32,000 nucleotides of DNA from Vicinamibacterales bacterium (lineage in GTDB: Bacteria; Acidobacteriota; Vicinamibacteria; Vicinamibacterales; UBA2999). How positions within the stretch are numbered: position 1 is the first letter of the stretch; every line of letters starts with the position of its first letter. A model generated the notes under the pieces. The model was given only the letters and a program-made list of their open reading frames with translations. It had not been told where the DNA came from and did not search any database. Positions 22,426-31,793 of the stretch are shown one piece after another. Location: the NCBI GenBank assembly GCA_050748045.1, contig JBOGIW010000125.1, positions 1,453 through 33,452 on the forward strand, read 5' to 3'. The translations under genes were made by a program, and so were the position numbers.

Positions 22426-23619
22426 ATGAAGGCTGCGCGTCCCGTGATGGCGCCCGTGACGGTCCATCCGGTCCGCTCGCGGAGAGAACGCCGCGCCTTC
22501 ATCGCGTTTCCGTACGCCCTCTACCACGGCTGCTCTCACTGGACGGCGCCTCTCCAGCGCGACATGGCCCGCACGCTGAACCACGGGAATCCGTTCCTGG
22601 CGCACGGCGCGATCGCCCCGTTCATCGCCGTCGATGCGGCGGGGTCGGTGGTCGGACGCATCGCGGCCATTGTCAACGGCCGTCACCTCGAGAAGCACCA
22701 GGATGGCGCGGGCTTCTTTGGCTTCTTCGAATGCGTGGAGGACTACGAAGCGGCCGGGGCGCTCTTCGCCGCCGCCGGCGCGTGGCTGCGCAGCCGGGCG
22801 CTGACCGTCATCCGCGGGCCCGTCAACCCCTCGCTCAACGAAAGCTCGGGCCTGCTCGTGGAGGGCTTCGACCGCAGGCCTTCCGTCCTGATGCCCTACA
22901 ACCCTCCCTATTACGAACGCTTCCTGCTCCGCCATGGATTCGAGCGGACGATGACAACGTGGGCGTATCGGGTCGCCGCCGCGGATCTCGATACCGCACG
23001 GCTCGAACGCGGCGCAGCGCTCGTCCGGCAGCGCGCGCCGGGCTTTCACGTCCGGAAGGCGCAGTTGCGACTGCTCGACGAGAAAACGCGAGTGATGTGC
23101 CGCCTCTACAACGAGGCCTTCGCGGAGACGTGGGGGCACGTCCCGCTGAGCGAGAGTGAGTTCCTCCACATGGCACGCGCGATGCGGCCGATTCTCGATC
23201 CGAATCTCGTCCTGTTCCTGGAGCACCACGATCGGCCCGTCGGGTTCTCGTTCTCCGTCCCCGACGTCAACCTCCTGCTGCGCCACGTGCCGGATGGGCG
23301 CGTCTGGCCGTTCGGGATCCTCAGGCTTCTCGCGTCTCGATGGCTGGGACAGCTCCGCGAGTTCCGCGTCGTCGTCCTTGCCCTCCTGCCGGAGTATCGG
23401 GGCAGAGGTCTCGACAGCCTCCTGATTCTCACGACCATTCAGGAGGGGCTGCGTCGCGGCTATGTTGCCAGCGAGTTGAGCTGGATCCTGGACAGTAACA
23501 GGCCGCTCAGGAAGAACCTCGTCAGCCTCGGCGCGTCGATCGACAAGGAGTACGCGCTCTTCGAGCGGACGCTCCGCGAGGAGCGTCCGGCTCGGCCGGT
23601 ATACTGGCTTCATCCGTGA
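22426..23619 (+). CDS. YghO-like GNAT-superfamily protein
   Basis: VHPVRSRRERRAFIAFPYALYHG, GRIAAIVNGRHLEKHQDGAGFFGFFECVEDYEAA, IRGPVNPSLNESSGLLVEGFDRRPSVLMPYNPPYYERFL, LALLPEYRGRGLDSLLI. Confidence 0.8.
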   Translation: MKAARPVMAPVTVHPVRSRRERRAFIAFPYALYHGCSHWTAPLQRDMARTLNHGNPFLAHGAIAPFIAVDAAGSVVGRIAAIVNGRHLEKHQDGAGFFGFFECVEDYEAAGALFAAAGAWLRSRALTVIRGPVNPSLNESSGLLVEGFDRRPSVLMPYNPPYYERFLLRHGFERTMTTWAYRVAAADLDTARLERGAALVRQRAPGFHVRKAQLRLLDEKTRVMCRLYNEAFAETWGHVPLSESEFLHMARAMRPILDPNLVLFLEHHDRPVGFSFSVPDVNLLLRHVPDGRVWPFGILRLLASRWLGQLREFRVVVLALLPEYRGRGLDSLLILTTIQEGLRRGYVASELSWILDSNRPLRKNLVSLGASIDKEYALFERTLREERPARPVYWLHP

Positions 23620-23629
23620 GCGCGCCATC

Positions 23630-24412
23630 GTGGAAGCATCCGGGAACTGGCGATTTCGCAGCAGCGCATCGGAACCCGCCAGAGCGGCGGTCATCGTCGC
23701 GCACGGCCTGAACAACAGGCCCGAGGCGATGGATCCGATCGCCGGGTGTCTGAATCACCACGGCTTTCACGCGCTCCGCGTCTCGTTCCACGACCGCGCA
23801 TCCAGACCGGAGGGGCTGCCCTCGTGCTGGCTGTCGGAGATGGCCGGCGGCTATCGTGAGCTCGAGGCGCGGTATCCCGAGCTTCCCGTGTACAACCTCA
23901 GTTTTTCTCTGGGCGCCCTGGTGACGATCCGTTTCCTCGAGCTGGAGGGAGCGGCGCGCTTCGAGAGGATGGTGTTTCTTGCGCCGGCGATTGCGTTGAC
24001 GCGGCGCGCAGGCCTCGTGCGCTGCCTCAGGCCGCTGCGCTCTCTCGGCCTTTCGCTGCCAAGCGTGGCGCCTCGATCCTTGCGTGCGCGCGACGCCACA
24101 CCGATTGCCGAGTACGCGGCGATGCTCGACCTGATGGACTACGCGCGTATCGTCAGTCGCCGGGTTGGGCGCATCCCGACCGCCGTGCTGGCGAGCCGGC
24201 GCGACGAGGTCGTGAGCTTCGAGGGGATCGAGTCGTGGATGCGGCGCAACAGGCTGGAAAACTGGACCCTGAAGGCCGTCCATCCCGAGGCCTCGCCTGC
24301 GCCGTGCCTGTCGTACGAGCACCTGTCCGTGCTCGAGACCGTGCGGCAGCCCAGCTCGCGCCTCCACCGCGAGATCCTGCGCCACTTCGGGGTCAGAACG
24401 GGGTCAGAGTGA
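23630..24412 (+). CDS. Alpha/beta hydrolase
   Basis: AAVIVAHGLNNRPEAM, PVYNLSFSLGALVTIRFLELEG (nucleophile elbow-like NLSFSLGA), PTAVLASRRDEVVSFEG, YEHLSVLETVRQP (catalytic His region). GTG start. Confidence 0.75.
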   Translation: MEASGNWRFRSSASEPARAAVIVAHGLNNRPEAMDPIAGCLNHHGFHALRVSFHDRASRPEGLPSCWLSEMAGGYRELEARYPELPVYNLSFSLGALVTIRFLELEGAARFERMVFLAPAIALTRRAGLVRCLRPLRSLGLSLPSVAPRSLRARDATPIAEYAAMLDLMDYARIVSRRVGRIPTAVLASRRDEVVSFEGIESWMRRNRLENWTLKAVHPEASPAPCLSYEHLSVLETVRQPSSRLHREILRHFGVRTGSE

Positions 24413-24493
24413 CGATGCGGGGCGACTCAACTTCCACGGGCTGGCCTGATCATTGCTCGCCTGCCACGGCCCGCCGTCCACCGGCCGGAACGT

Positions 24494-25012
24494 TCAAGCG
24501 TCCTCGCTGCCCGTGGTCAACCGGCCGGCCAGGCGCGCAATCTGCGCGTCGTCCAGGCGACAGACGCGCCAGTCGGTGAGCACACTTGCGCCCAGGCCCC
24601 TGTAGAACCGGATGGCCGACTCGTTCCAATCCAGCACCATCCACTCGAAGCGCGCACACCGGTTGCGCATGGCAATGTCCGCCAGGCAAGCCATGAGAGC
24701 GTGGCCGATGCCCTTGCCGCGATACGCGGCGTCCACGAAAAGATCATCCAGCCACAGGCCACGCTTGCCGACCATCGTCTCGAAGGTGAAGAAGTACGTC
24801 GCGTAGGCGGCGGGCGTGCCGGCGGCGAAGGCAAGGAGCGCGTGGCCCGCCGGCGCGTCGCCGAAGAGCGCTTCTCGAAGCGACTCTTCCGTTGCGGAGA
24901 CCGTCAGCTTCTCGAGCGCCGCCATGGACCGGATGAACGCCAGGAGCTGCGGCACATCAGCGCTCGCGCCTGCCCGGACCTCAATGTCGATGTCTTTGGC
25001 TCTCAGTATCAT
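24494..25012 (-). CDS. GNAT acetyltransferase, diamine/spermidine N1-acetyltransferase (SSAT)-like
   Basis: ATYFFTFETMVGKRGLWLDDLFVDAAYRGKGIGHALMACLADIA...FEWMVLDWNESAIRFYRGLGA. Start chosen at MILRAKDIDI. Confidence 0.88.
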   Translation of the reverse strand: MILRAKDIDIEVRAGASADVPQLLAFIRSMAALEKLTVSATEESLREALFGDAPAGHALLAFAAGTPAAYATYFFTFETMVGKRGLWLDDLFVDAAYRGKGIGHALMACLADIAMRNRCARFEWMVLDWNESAIRFYRGLGASVLTDWRVCRLDDAQIARLAGRLTTGSEDA

Positions 25013-25181
25013 GCCCGGGTCCTCGCTCGGGTGACGGGCTCGGCGAGCCGGTGGTTGCTCGCCGCATGTGCATCGCCATCCTACCGCCACGCCACGCTTC
25101 GGAGTTGCGGTTGTCTGGAGCCGAGAGTAGTCTGTCGGTTCGAGAGGCGCGTGCGGACGCCGCTCGGGCAGGAGGTCGGTC

Positions 25182-25616
25182 ATGGCGGACACGATTCGGC
25201 TCGTGGAGTACTTCTACATCACGACGCCCAACAAGGCCGGTGAGGGCGCGCGCGCCCTGGCGACGCTCAGGGACGCGGGCGTCAACCTGATCGCCTTCTC
25301 AGGCTTCCCGGAGGGCCGGCGCGCGCAACTCGACTTCATTCCCGCCGACCCGGCGGCCTTCAAGCAGGCGGCGAAGCGGGCGAAGTGGAAGGTGGTCGGC
25401 TCCAAGCGCGGCTTCCTGATGCAGGGCGACGACCGCGTGGGCGCCGTTGCGGACCTCCTGGAACGGCTGGGCGCGGCGAACATCAACGTGACGGCAATCG
25501 ACGCGGTCTGCGCCGACGGACGGTACGGCGCGATCTTCTGGGTCGCGCCGAAAGACGTCAAGAAGGCCGCGGCGCTGCTGGGCGCGTCGGCGCCGACCGC
25601 GGCTCCTGCACCGTAG
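25182..25616 (+). CDS. Tandem ACT-domain-like protein
   Basis: VEYFYITTPNKAGEGARALATLRDAGVNLIAFSGFP... and DRVGAVADLLERLGAANINVTAIDAVCADGRYGAIFWV. Confidence 0.7.
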   Translation: MADTIRLVEYFYITTPNKAGEGARALATLRDAGVNLIAFSGFPEGRRAQLDFIPADPAAFKQAAKRAKWKVVGSKRGFLMQGDDRVGAVADLLERLGAANINVTAIDAVCADGRYGAIFWVAPKDVKKAAALLGASAPTAAPAP

Positions 25617-25631
25617 CGTTGGGCGGGCGCG

Positions 25632-25970
25632 TCAGAGGCTCAGCACGTCGCGGAGCTTGTCCTCGACCGCCTGCAGTTCTGGAACTGGAAGCTCGCCCAC
25701 CTTGACGGCAATCATGTCTTGCTTGATGGTTCGGACGATGCCCGTGACGATCGAGGGATAGATTAGGCCGGACCGGCGCCACGCCTTGATCCTGTAGTCT
25801 CCGAGCAGCAGGCGACTGGTGTTGCTCGTGATGGCCGCAAGGATCGCCTCTCGTCGAGCCCGATGATAACCGTCGCTGCTGATGATGAGACCGGGGCGTT
25901 GTTTAGCGCCCTTCTCGTCGGCGAAGACGAACTTGACCAGGACGATGTCGCCGCGGCTACAGCTTGTCAT
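25632..25970 (-). CDS. MazF/PemK-family toxin
   Basis: RGDIVLVKFVFADEKGAKQRPGLIISSDGYH...ILAAITSN...GLIYPSIVTGIVRTIKQDMI. Confidence 0.88.
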   Translation of the reverse strand: MTSCSRGDIVLVKFVFADEKGAKQRPGLIISSDGYHRARREAILAAITSNTSRLLLGDYRIKAWRRSGLIYPSIVTGIVRTIKQDMIAVKVGELPVPELQAVEDKLRDVLSL

Positions 25971-26226
25971 ACCCGGCGTCCCGTGGGTTGTTCCACAGGT
26001 CGGCCAGGACCGGATCGGCGCGCTCGTTCAGGGCGACGAGACTGGCGGCTGACAGCTCATCGGCCAGGTCCCGCTTCAGGCGCGCCTCGACGGCTTCCCA
26101 CACGTACTCACGGATCGACTGATCACGCTTCGCGGCCGCGATGTGAATGCGCCGGCGCGCTTCGCGAGGGACGTCAATGCTCAACCGGGCCCGACGCTCG
26201 TGGGTGCTCGCCATCTTGACCACCAT
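25957..26226 (-). CDS. Cognate antitoxin, ribbon-helix-helix-like
   Basis: RRARLSIDVPREARRRIHIAAAKRDQSIREYVWEAVEARL; overlaps the toxin start by 14 nt. Confidence 0.75.
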   Translation of the reverse strand: MVVKMASTHERRARLSIDVPREARRRIHIAAAKRDQSIREYVWEAVEARLKRDLADELSAASLVALNERADPVLADLWNNPRDAGYDKL

Positions 26227-26241
26227 GTCGAGCCACGTTGG

Positions 26242-26259
26242 CACGTTTACGTAAACGTG
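26242..26259. promoter_or_regulatory. Perfect 18-bp palindrome, candidate TA operator
   Basis: CACGTTTACGTAAACGTG, 15 nt upstream of the antitoxin ATG at 26226. Confidence 0.7.
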
Positions 26260-26524
26260 TCAAGGTGACTGAACATGAACTGCCTCGTGCAACCCCTGGC
26301 GAATCGGTCCTACAAGCCGCGTCCCGGCGTGCATGACGTAGACACGAAGCTTCGGGTGACCGAGCAGTTCCTCTTCGAGCAGGAGCGGACTGTGCAAACT
26401 CGCCCGGTACCGGCCAAAGCCGAGATAAATCCTCCTTCGGTGTGCCCGGTGTGCCGGCGTTCGGCCCGAGTGGCCGCGTCACGAGACCGAGCGGCCCGGC
26501 TGTTGTGTCGGGCAATCACTCACG

Positions 26525-27319
26525 TCACGAGTCTCGATACCGCTCGGGTGCGTATCGATTTGCAATCAAACCGGTGGCGGCCTCGACATCGATGGCCTGC
26601 ACCAGCACGCCTTCCTGCCCGTACGGCAGGTACGCCTGGCACTGCCCCGACGGGGCGATGAGACTCGTCGCCGACTCCTGGAAGCGCAACGCGTAGTTGA
26701 CGCTGGCAAAATAGACCGTGTTCTCGATGCTCCGCAGCATCATCGCCTTCTCGTAGTACGGCGCGCTGGCGGCGCCCCACTGCGTCAAACGGACACCTTC
26801 GCGATCGCTCCCCGTGTGGTGGGGATGAAAGACGACCTTGGCGCCCCGCACCGCCGCCCATCGCACCGTCTCGGGATAGCGCCAGCCCTCATGGCAGATC
26901 GCCACGCCACACTTGATCCCGTTGATCTCGAAGAGTCGCCGCGTATGTCCGGGCACATAGAACCGGTCTTCGCTCGGGTCCAGCTGGTTCTTGGTCTGGT
27001 ATCCCTGAACCTGGCCCGTGGCGTCGATGACAACGGCGGCAATCTGCCGGCCCGCCTCCGAGAGCCGTTCCATCCCGAGGATCGTGGCCACCGCGTACGT
27101 CCGCGCCCACTCGGTCACGGCCTGAAGCACACGGTCCTGCTGCCTCTCGTCGAAGGGCAGTACGTCGAAGTCCTGTCCACGCAGACCCGGGAGATACGCT
27201 TCCGGGAAACACACGATCTCCGCGCCCTGGGCCGACGCGTCCGAGAGCAGCCGCTGAACCTTGTCCAGGCCCTCGTCCAGCGTCGACGCGACACCCGGCG
27301 ACGCCAGCGCAACGATCAT
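26525..27319 (-). CDS. Carbon-nitrogen hydrolase (nitrilase superfamily)
   Basis: IVCFPEAYLPG (Glu), YQTKNQLDPSED (Lys), KCGVAICHEGWRYPE (Cys) catalytic triad regions. Confidence 0.9.
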   Translation of the reverse strand: MIVALASPGVASTLDEGLDKVQRLLSDASAQGAEIVCFPEAYLPGLRGQDFDVLPFDERQQDRVLQAVTEWARTYAVATILGMERLSEAGRQIAAVVIDATGQVQGYQTKNQLDPSEDRFYVPGHTRRLFEINGIKCGVAICHEGWRYPETVRWAAVRGAKVVFHPHHTGSDREGVRLTQWGAASAPYYEKAMMLRSIENTVYFASVNYALRFQESATSLIAPSGQCQAYLPYGQEGVLVQAIDVEAATGLIANRYAPERYRDS

Positions 27320-27449
27320 GGATCCCCGTCGAGGAGAATGGGGCCGCCCGCGATCGAGACGCCGTCGCGTCCCCTGACCGGTACGTTACATCCGGATCGT
27401 TGGCGATCATCCGGTCGAGACTCGACGCTGAGGTGTGCTGTGGGAGGAT

Positions 27450-27525
27450 TGGTGGCCAGGGACAGAATCGAACTGCCGACACCGTGATTTTCAGTCACGT
27501 GCTCTACCAACTGAGCTACCTGGCC
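27450..27525 (-). tRNA. tRNA-Phe (GAA)
   Basis: Minus strand: GGCCAGGTAGCTCAGTTGGTAGAGCACGTGACTGAAAATCACGGTGTCGGCAGTTCGATTCTGTCCCTGGCCACCA. Complete cloverleaf, CTGAAAA anticodon loop, encoded CCA. Confidence 0.97.
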
Positions 27526-27851
27526 ACTCTGGTGAGCGCCGTGCAGAAACAGACGTCGGAGTATAGCACGGCGGGTCCGCCGCTCGAATCGACGCGCCCA
27601 CGGCGACAAGGACGTGGCGTCGCGGGTGAGGGGCAGCCGCGCCTCGTCCCAGACAGGCGCTCCACGAGCACGCCGCGCTCCGGCGCTTCGACAGGCGTAC
27701 AGCGAAACGCCGCCAGCGCCTGGCCGGCGGCGCATGTGCACGGCGTCACGAACGCCGGGAGTACCTCGGACGCCTCCGCCTGCGTTGTGTGGGACGGCGG
27801 TCGCGGGGGACAGCGGACCGGAGCGCCGGTCCGCCGTCGTCCGCGCTGGTC

Positions 27852-30770
27852 TCAGAACGAGAACCGGATGCCGATCTGCCCCGTCCGGGAGCTGGCGGAG
27901 CTGCGCCGGAGCGTCCTCAAGATGAGGAAGCTGCTCAGGCGCCGATCGGCCACGTTGTTACTCGTCGGGTTGACGAAGTTCGCGCGGTCCGTGAGATTGA
28001 AGATTTCGCCGAACACCTGCAACCGTTGCGATCGTGGCATCCTGACCGAGTAGCCCACCCGCAGATCGAGCTGGAAGAAGTCCGGCCCACGGGCGCCGTT
28101 CGGCCCGCCCATGTTCTCGACCGTGATCGCGTTCGCCCCGACGCCGCTGTACGTGCCGGGCGGGAGGAATTCGTCGTCGAACCGGCCGTTCTGGTTCAGA
28201 TCGAACGTTGAATCGGTCAAGGGGAACGGCGTGCCGCTCATGTAGCGCAGGACGGGGCTCAGGGTCAGGTTCGGAAGGCGCGGGAACTCCACCGTCCCGT
28301 TGATCGACAGGATGTGCGGGCGATCGTCGTCGGAGGGCCCGATGTTCTCATCGAGCCGCAAGTCGTCCCCGACCTGCGTCACGATAATCCCGTTGAGGGC
28401 CCCATCCGTGGTGCCGCGCGTGCGCGAGCGCGTATAGGACAGGCGGAAGCTGTACCCCTGGCTGAAACGCTTGTCGAACATCAACTGCAGGGCGTCATAG
28501 TTGTACCAGCCGACGTTGACCGATTCCCACACGTTCTGCACGAACGCGGGATTCGGGCGCACGACGCCTGCCAGGCGTGACGTGCTCCTCCGCACCGGCG
28601 GATTCAGGTTTCTCCGCATCAACTGGTCGCCGTTCTCGGCGCGAATGTAATCGACGGTCAACGCCATGTTTCCGAAGAGCTGCTGCTGGTACCCAACCGT
28701 GTACTGCCGTGAGAACGAGTTCCGGCGATCCGGCGTGTCGAGGAACACGTCGCCCTCGTTTCTGTCCAGCGTCCCCGGCGGGAACTGCTGGGCGAGCAGG
28801 TCGCGGTTCACCACCGGCCCGTTGACGAGGAAAGGATCGGTCGGGCCCTGGCCACGCGACGGTCCGGGATCGACGCCGTTCGCGGGGAAGAAGACCTGGA
28901 ACGAATCGGCGAACACGCCATTGGAGATGAAGTTCCCCAGCGGGCCGAACCCGGTCTTCTGGTAGAAGAGCCCGAACCCGCCCCGAACGACCGCCCGGCC
29001 GAGATCGTCGAGCGCGTAATTCACGCCCACGCGTGGCGAGATGTTGTTCGTATCCACCGGGTGATCGTTCTCGGCCGCGAAGTTCGGGTTGTCGCGCTGG
29101 GGGATCGGGATGTTCTCCAGGTCGTACCGGACGCCGAGGCTCACGGTGGTTCGCGGGTTCAGCTTCCACTTGTCCTGTGCGAAGAGGCCGATGAAGTGCC
29201 CCTTGATGAGGTAATCGATCGCGCCCGGCACGCGGACCTGCAGCCGCTCCGGGTAGGTTCTCGGGTCCGCGGCATTGAACGGCTGGTCGGTGTTGAAGAA
29301 GAAGGTGCCGTTCATGTTGCCTTCGGACTGGAACAGCAGCGGCGCGTACACGTACTGGAGGCCGAACTTCGTGTCGTGGTCCCCGGCCTTGTTCGGCACG
29401 AACCAGGCGAACGTCTCGTCGAAGCCGTAGGTCCGATCCTTCCGCCGGCTGTGCCGCGAGCTTTGCTGGTCGAGGAAGGTCAGCATGTCCAGCGTGGGCG
29501 GCAAGGCCGCCTGGCTGTTGGTCTCGAAAAAGGCCGGGTTGCCGAAGGTCACATCCTCCTGCGTCACATGAATCCGGACGGTGTTCACCCTCGAGCCTCC
29601 GATCACCGAGTTGATGGAACCCGAATACGTCCAGTCGATGTCGGTCTCCTTTTCACGGGTGGCCTCGGTTCTGGTTGCCGCCGTCAACTGGTCAGACTGG
29701 GGAGACCATTCCTGCAGCCAGCGGATCGCCCAGGTGTGGTTCGGGTTGATCTGATGGTCGAACCGAAGGAGCGCGTTCCAGACCCGATCCTTCCACACCA
29801 CGTTGCGATTGAACTCCGGTCGCGCCGGGATGTTGACCGTCACGGGCCGATCCTGGGTCACCCGCTCGAGGCTGGAGAAGAAATGCGCCTTGTTGAGCAT
29901 GATCGGGCCGCCGAGCGTTCCGCCCCACTGCCGCTCGTTGTTGTCCGGCTTGTCGAGATTGAACTGACGCGAGAAGAACTCTTTTTTCGTGATGGCGGAA
30001 TCCTTGAAGAAGCCGAACGCAGACCCCCGAAACTGGTTCGTCCCCTGCTTGGAAATGGCGTTGAGGATCCCGCCGGACGCCGATCCGAACTCCGCATCGT
30101 ACTGGCTGGTCACGACCTGGAACTCCTGCACGGTTTCGATCGGCGGCCGCACCTGCGCGCCGCCCGCGCCCCCGTTCCACATGTCGTTGTTGTAGCCGCC
30201 GTCCAGCGCATAGTTGGTGTTCGCGAACGGCTGGCCGTTGATGCTCACCGAGTCGGCGCCCCACGAGGTCAACTCGGCCGCCACGACTCCGGGCAGCAAC
30301 TGCATGTACCCGGTCAGGTTCCGATTCACCGTTGGCGTATCGATCAGCTCGCGGGACGCCAGGTTGCCCCCGATTTCCTTCGAGGTCACGTCGACGAGGG
30401 GCGACTCGCCGGTGACCGTGACGGTCTCCTCGAGCCGGCCCACTTCGAGCCGGATGGTGATGCTGGTGGCCTGTCCGACCGCGAGCCGGACATCGGAGCG
30501 GGTGAACCGCTTGAATCCCTGCAGCTCGGCAGTGATTTCGTACGTGCCGGGCGGCATCGCCGTCAGGAAGTAGGAGCCGTCCGTGTTGCTGACGACCTCG
30601 CGAAACTGTCCTGAATCCTGATTGCGGACGTGGATCGTGACGCCGGGCATGACGGCGCCCTGCTCGTCGACCACGCGCCCCCGAAGCTCGGAATAATTCT
30701 GCTGGGCCAGTGCTGGCGCGAGCGCCACGCACCACATCGCGATGGTGAGAACCAGACTGGATCGGCGCAT
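27852..30770 (-). CDS. TonB-dependent receptor, Oar-like, with N-terminal carboxypeptidase-regulatory-like domain
   Basis: SELRGRVVDEQGAVMPGVTIHVRNQDSG...GSYFLTAMPPGTYEI; plug domain VSINGQPFANTNYALDGG; C-terminal beta-strand GQIGIRFSF; aggagg RBS. Confidence 0.92.
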   Translation of the reverse strand: MRRSSLVLTIAMWCVALAPALAQQNYSELRGRVVDEQGAVMPGVTIHVRNQDSGQFREVVSNTDGSYFLTAMPPGTYEITAELQGFKRFTRSDVRLAVGQATSITIRLEVGRLEETVTVTGESPLVDVTSKEIGGNLASRELIDTPTVNRNLTGYMQLLPGVVAAELTSWGADSVSINGQPFANTNYALDGGYNNDMWNGGAGGAQVRPPIETVQEFQVVTSQYDAEFGSASGGILNAISKQGTNQFRGSAFGFFKDSAITKKEFFSRQFNLDKPDNNERQWGGTLGGPIMLNKAHFFSSLERVTQDRPVTVNIPARPEFNRNVVWKDRVWNALLRFDHQINPNHTWAIRWLQEWSPQSDQLTAATRTEATREKETDIDWTYSGSINSVIGGSRVNTVRIHVTQEDVTFGNPAFFETNSQAALPPTLDMLTFLDQQSSRHSRRKDRTYGFDETFAWFVPNKAGDHDTKFGLQYVYAPLLFQSEGNMNGTFFFNTDQPFNAADPRTYPERLQVRVPGAIDYLIKGHFIGLFAQDKWKLNPRTTVSLGVRYDLENIPIPQRDNPNFAAENDHPVDTNNISPRVGVNYALDDLGRAVVRGGFGLFYQKTGFGPLGNFISNGVFADSFQVFFPANGVDPGPSRGQGPTDPFLVNGPVVNRDLLAQQFPPGTLDRNEGDVFLDTPDRRNSFSRQYTVGYQQQLFGNMALTVDYIRAENGDQLMRRNLNPPVRRSTSRLAGVVRPNPAFVQNVWESVNVGWYNYDALQLMFDKRFSQGYSFRLSYTRSRTRGTTDGALNGIIVTQVGDDLRLDENIGPSDDDRPHILSINGTVEFPRLPNLTLSPVLRYMSGTPFPLTDSTFDLNQNGRFDDEFLPPGTYSGVGANAITVENMGGPNGARGPDFFQLDLRVGYSVRMPRSQRLQVFGEIFNLTDRANFVNPTSNNVADRRLSSFLILRTLRRSSASSRTGQIGIRFSF

Positions 30771-31200
30771 GGGACATCCTCCTCAGGCTCCGCGCAGCAG
30801 CATGTCTGCCCGCGGCGGAAAAGTGCCATCCCCGATGTGACGAAGGGTGGGGCTTCGAGTGCTGCCCTCCCCTCAGCGAACCGGACCGAGAAGCCGAACC
30901 CCGAGTTTGAAGCCTGGCGTCGATGTGCGACGGCGGAAAGAATGCGAGACGGTCCTGAACCAGGACCGTCTCGATCAATGAATGCAGCGGAGACTGAACG
31001 ATGGCGCGGCGGACGGAATCATGGATGGAAAACGCGGCCATACTAGCATGGTTCGGGACACCGGGCGCACGGGATCACGCACGCCGGCTGGCGTGACGGC
31101 CCGACGCCCTGGGATCGAACCACGTCCATCCACGTGCACGTTCCTGGACGGGGAGCCCTCAGGCTAACCCGTCAGGTCCACGGCCCGTCAAACTCACCAG

Positions 31201-31776
31201 ATGCCGGAGATCGACGACGCCGCCGCAGTGGCCAGGGCCCGCGGCGGCGACAGCGAGGCGTTCCGCCTGCTCGTCGAGCGCCACAGCCGCAGTGTCTACA
31301 AGGTGGCCTTCCGCATCACCGGCCGCGCCGAGGACGCCGAAGACGTCGTCCAGGACACGTTCCTGAAGGCGTACCGGCAGCTCGACCGCTTCGAGGAACG
31401 GGCGAGCTTCGGCACCTGGCTGCACCGGATCGCGTGGAACTCGTCGGTGGACCTGCTGCGGGCGCGACCGAAGCGCGAGCAGGCCGAGGAGGCTGAGACG
31501 TTGGAGCACCTGGGATCATCGTCGCCGGCGACCGCCACGAGCGCCGGGTCGCCCTCGCCGGAGCGGCTGATGGCCAGCGTGCAGGTGAGCGACCGGCTGA
31601 AGGCCGCGATGGGGCGGCTCTCCGCGCTCGAGCGCGCGGCGTTCGTGATGCGGCATTACGAGGGGCGCACGATCGACGAGATCAGCCGGGCGCTCGACAT
31701 CCGGCAGAACGCGGCGAAGCACAGCATCTTTCGCGCGGTACGCAAGATGCGGATCGCGCTGGAGCCCTTCGTGTGA
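31201..31776 (+). CDS. ECF RNA polymerase sigma factor (RpoE-like)
   Basis: AFRLLVERHSRSVYKVAFRITGRAEDAEDVVQDTFLKAYRQLDRFEERASFGTWLHRIAWNSSVDLLR; sigma-4 region LSALERAAFVMRHYEGRTIDEISRALDIRQNAAKHSIFRAVRKMR. Confidence 0.94.
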   Translation: MPEIDDAAAVARARGGDSEAFRLLVERHSRSVYKVAFRITGRAEDAEDVVQDTFLKAYRQLDRFEERASFGTWLHRIAWNSSVDLLRARPKREQAEEAETLEHLGSSSPATATSAGSPSPERLMASVQVSDRLKAAMGRLSALERAAFVMRHYEGRTIDEISRALDIRQNAAKHSIFRAVRKMRIALEPFV

Positions 31777-31793
31777 GGGCGGCGGACGTGACC

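Noticed and set aside
21760-23715. 651-aa minus-strand ORF over the radical SAM 3/YghO-like junction
   Set aside because: Spans two genuine plus-strand genes and shows no recognisable motif; high-GC antisense artefact.
26275-26661. Plus-strand ORF MNCLVQPLANRSYKPRPGVHDVDTKL...
   Set aside because: No recognisable family, unusual composition and overlap with the nitrilase-family gene 3' end; not supported as a CDS.
31060-31165. tRNA-like text 'ccctgggatcgaacca' near a GC-rich region
   Set aside because: No acceptor, D-arm or anticodon arm pairing could be found around it.
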